From Clostridia bacterium (lineage in GTDB: Bacteria > Bacillota > Clostridia > UMGS1883 > UMGS1540): DNA of 56,852 bases. The stretch spans positions 1-56,852 of the forward strand of contig JAZSDW010000028.1 in NCBI GenBank assembly GCA_045531355.1, written 5' to 3'. Each line of letters begins with the position of its first letter. The first letter of the stretch is position 1. The notes under the pieces were generated by a model, which did not search any database, was not told the DNA's origin, and saw only the letters and a list, made by a program, of their open reading frames with translations. Positions 55,755-56,852 of this stretch are shown in pieces. A program made the translations under genes and the position numbers.

Positions 55755-56376
55755 GCAGTATTTAGACGATGCAATGCGAAATCTTGGCGAAGCTGCAGAT
55801 TATGCAGTCAATGCTTGCAACATGACACTCCAGAATTTTTTTGATTTGTTTGTTACAACGGGATTTGCTACACAGTTTGGAAATGGTGTACCTAAAATCA
55901 TTTCGGGATTGTCTGGAACAGAGCTTATTCACGAAATCATTGTAAAGGCAGGTATTGAACAAGACCTTCCGGAAGTGCAGACAGAATATGATTGTTCCCC
56001 TGAATATTGGTGCGGATGGATTGTAGCTTACTATCAATGGCACACGGGCAGAACATTTAAAGATATTTTTCAGAATGTATCTGCAAAAGAAATTGAAAAG
56101 CTTTATCCAACACTTCACGAAGCACATGAAGATAAATTTGTTGATGTTGTAAATTCAATAATCGAAAGAAAAACTACAACAACTAAATTGCAGGAACTTC
56201 GCAAAAACATTGGTTACTCTCAAAGAGAACTTGCCGAAAAGTCAGGAGTTAACTTAAGAACTTTGCAACAGTATGAACTGAAGGCAAAGGATATAAATAA
56301 AGCTGCAACAACAACTCTTCTTGCACTCTCAAAAACACTTGGATGCAAGATAGAAGATTTGTTGGAGAATGTGTGA
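55735..56376 (+). CDS. Fusion of an uncharacterised (DUF3791-like) N-domain with a C-terminal XRE-family HTH
   Basis: C-terminus LQELRKNIGYSQRELAEKSGVNLRTLQQYE is a classic HTH_3 sequence. Overlaps the upstream gene by 20 nt. Confidence 0.6.
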   Translation: MMRAYDEQYLDDAMRNLGEAADYAVNACNMTLQNFFDLFVTTGFATQFGNGVPKIISGLSGTELIHEIIVKAGIEQDLPEVQTEYDCSPEYWCGWIVAYYQWHTGRTFKDIFQNVSAKEIEKLYPTLHEAHEDKFVDVVNSIIERKTTTTKLQELRKNIGYSQRELAEKSGVNLRTLQQYELKAKDINKAATTTLLALSKTLGCKIEDLLENV

Positions 56377-56393
56377 TTTGGAGGAAAGAAAAA

Positions 56394-56852
56394 ATGGCTG
56401 ATATTAAAAAGTCGCAGGAACGTGAAGAATTGTTCCGTACCATATATAAAATAGCAACCGACCTTGTTCACGCAGGACATGTTGCAGAATGGGATTTTAA
56501 ATCATATGTTCTTGGAACAATGTTTTATCGCTACATTTCCGAGAATTTTACTGCATATATAAATGCCGGAGAGCATGCGGCAGGAAATAAAGATTTTGAT
56601 TATGCAAAAATGTCGGACAGCGATGCAGAAACAGCAAGAGAAGGTCTTATTCAGGAAAAAGGATTTTTCATTCTTCCTTCAGAGCTTTTCTGCAATGTAC
56701 GAGAAAGAGCTGATAAGGATGAGAACTTAAACGAAACTTTGGAGCAGGTTTTTGCTCACATTGAAAGTAGTGCAGCAAGTGGAGATGCAGAGAACGATTT
56801 TGCAGGCCTTTTTGATGATTTTGATGTAAATGCAAAAGCTATCGGGGAAACT
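56394..56852 (+). CDS. hsdM: Type I restriction-modification system methyltransferase subunit HsdM (3' end outside window)
   Basis: Open frame from ATG 56394 (after GGAGGAAAG) to the window edge, not in the ORF track. HsdM N-terminal domain sequence LFRTIYKIATDL...KSYVLGTMFYRYISENF. Confidence 0.75.
   Translation, partial: MADIKKSQEREELFRTIYKIATDLVHAGHVAEWDFKSYVLGTMFYRYISENFTAYINAGEHAAGNKDFDYAKMSDSDAETAREGLIQEKGFFILPSELFCNVRERADKDENLNETLEQVFAHIESSAASGDAENDFAGLFDDFDVNAKAIGET

Overview
This is a chromosomal window from a high-GC, spore-forming Firmicutes/Clostridia-type genome (spoIIAA-spoIIAB-sigF and a cotJC remnant are present). The taxon is inferred from gene content only.

Layout:
- About 1-27 kb is mostly housekeeping: ftsK 3' end, a small envelope gene cluster, fhs, tsaE, yjbQ, proBA, hprK, glcK, murB, comM, mgtE, the sigma-F operon, RNase P RNA and lon.
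- About 27-37 kb holds a PfkB sugar kinase, an amino-acid ABC transporter, rqcH, an AraC-controlled oxidoreductase/aldolase operon and hup.
- 37.0-49.6 kb is the standout. It is a 13-gene, tightly packed minus-strand operon. In transcription order it encodes an LDH-family dehydrogenase with an MDH-type Arg at the specificity position, HdrB-HdrC-HdrA, MvhD/FlxD plus FlxC/B/A-like NAD(P)H module proteins, a soluble SdhB/SdhA-like fumarate reductase pair with no membrane anchor and no covalent-FAD histidine, an AAE-family permease, and a two-subunit class I fumarase. I read it as a candidate Flx-Hdr-driven, possibly electron-bifurcating, NADH:fumarate reductase pathway (oxaloacetate to succinate) behind a promoter that overlaps a Rex-like box. 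This reading is untested.
- About 49.7-54.9 kb holds a decayed NSS transporter gene, nadE, uxaE and pfp.
- From about 54926 to the window end is a visibly A/T-richer island that truncates cotJC. It carries an ART-like DUF3990 protein, an HTH fusion protein and the start of a type I R-M hsdM.

Other points worth a second look:
- A DnaA-box cluster sits just upstream of the spoIIA operon.
- The mgtE leader has a terminator/antiterminator layout that does not look like an M-box.
- A two-hairpin repeat element occurs twice, each time bracketed by long local direct duplications.

No CRISPR array, rRNA or tRNA was seen.
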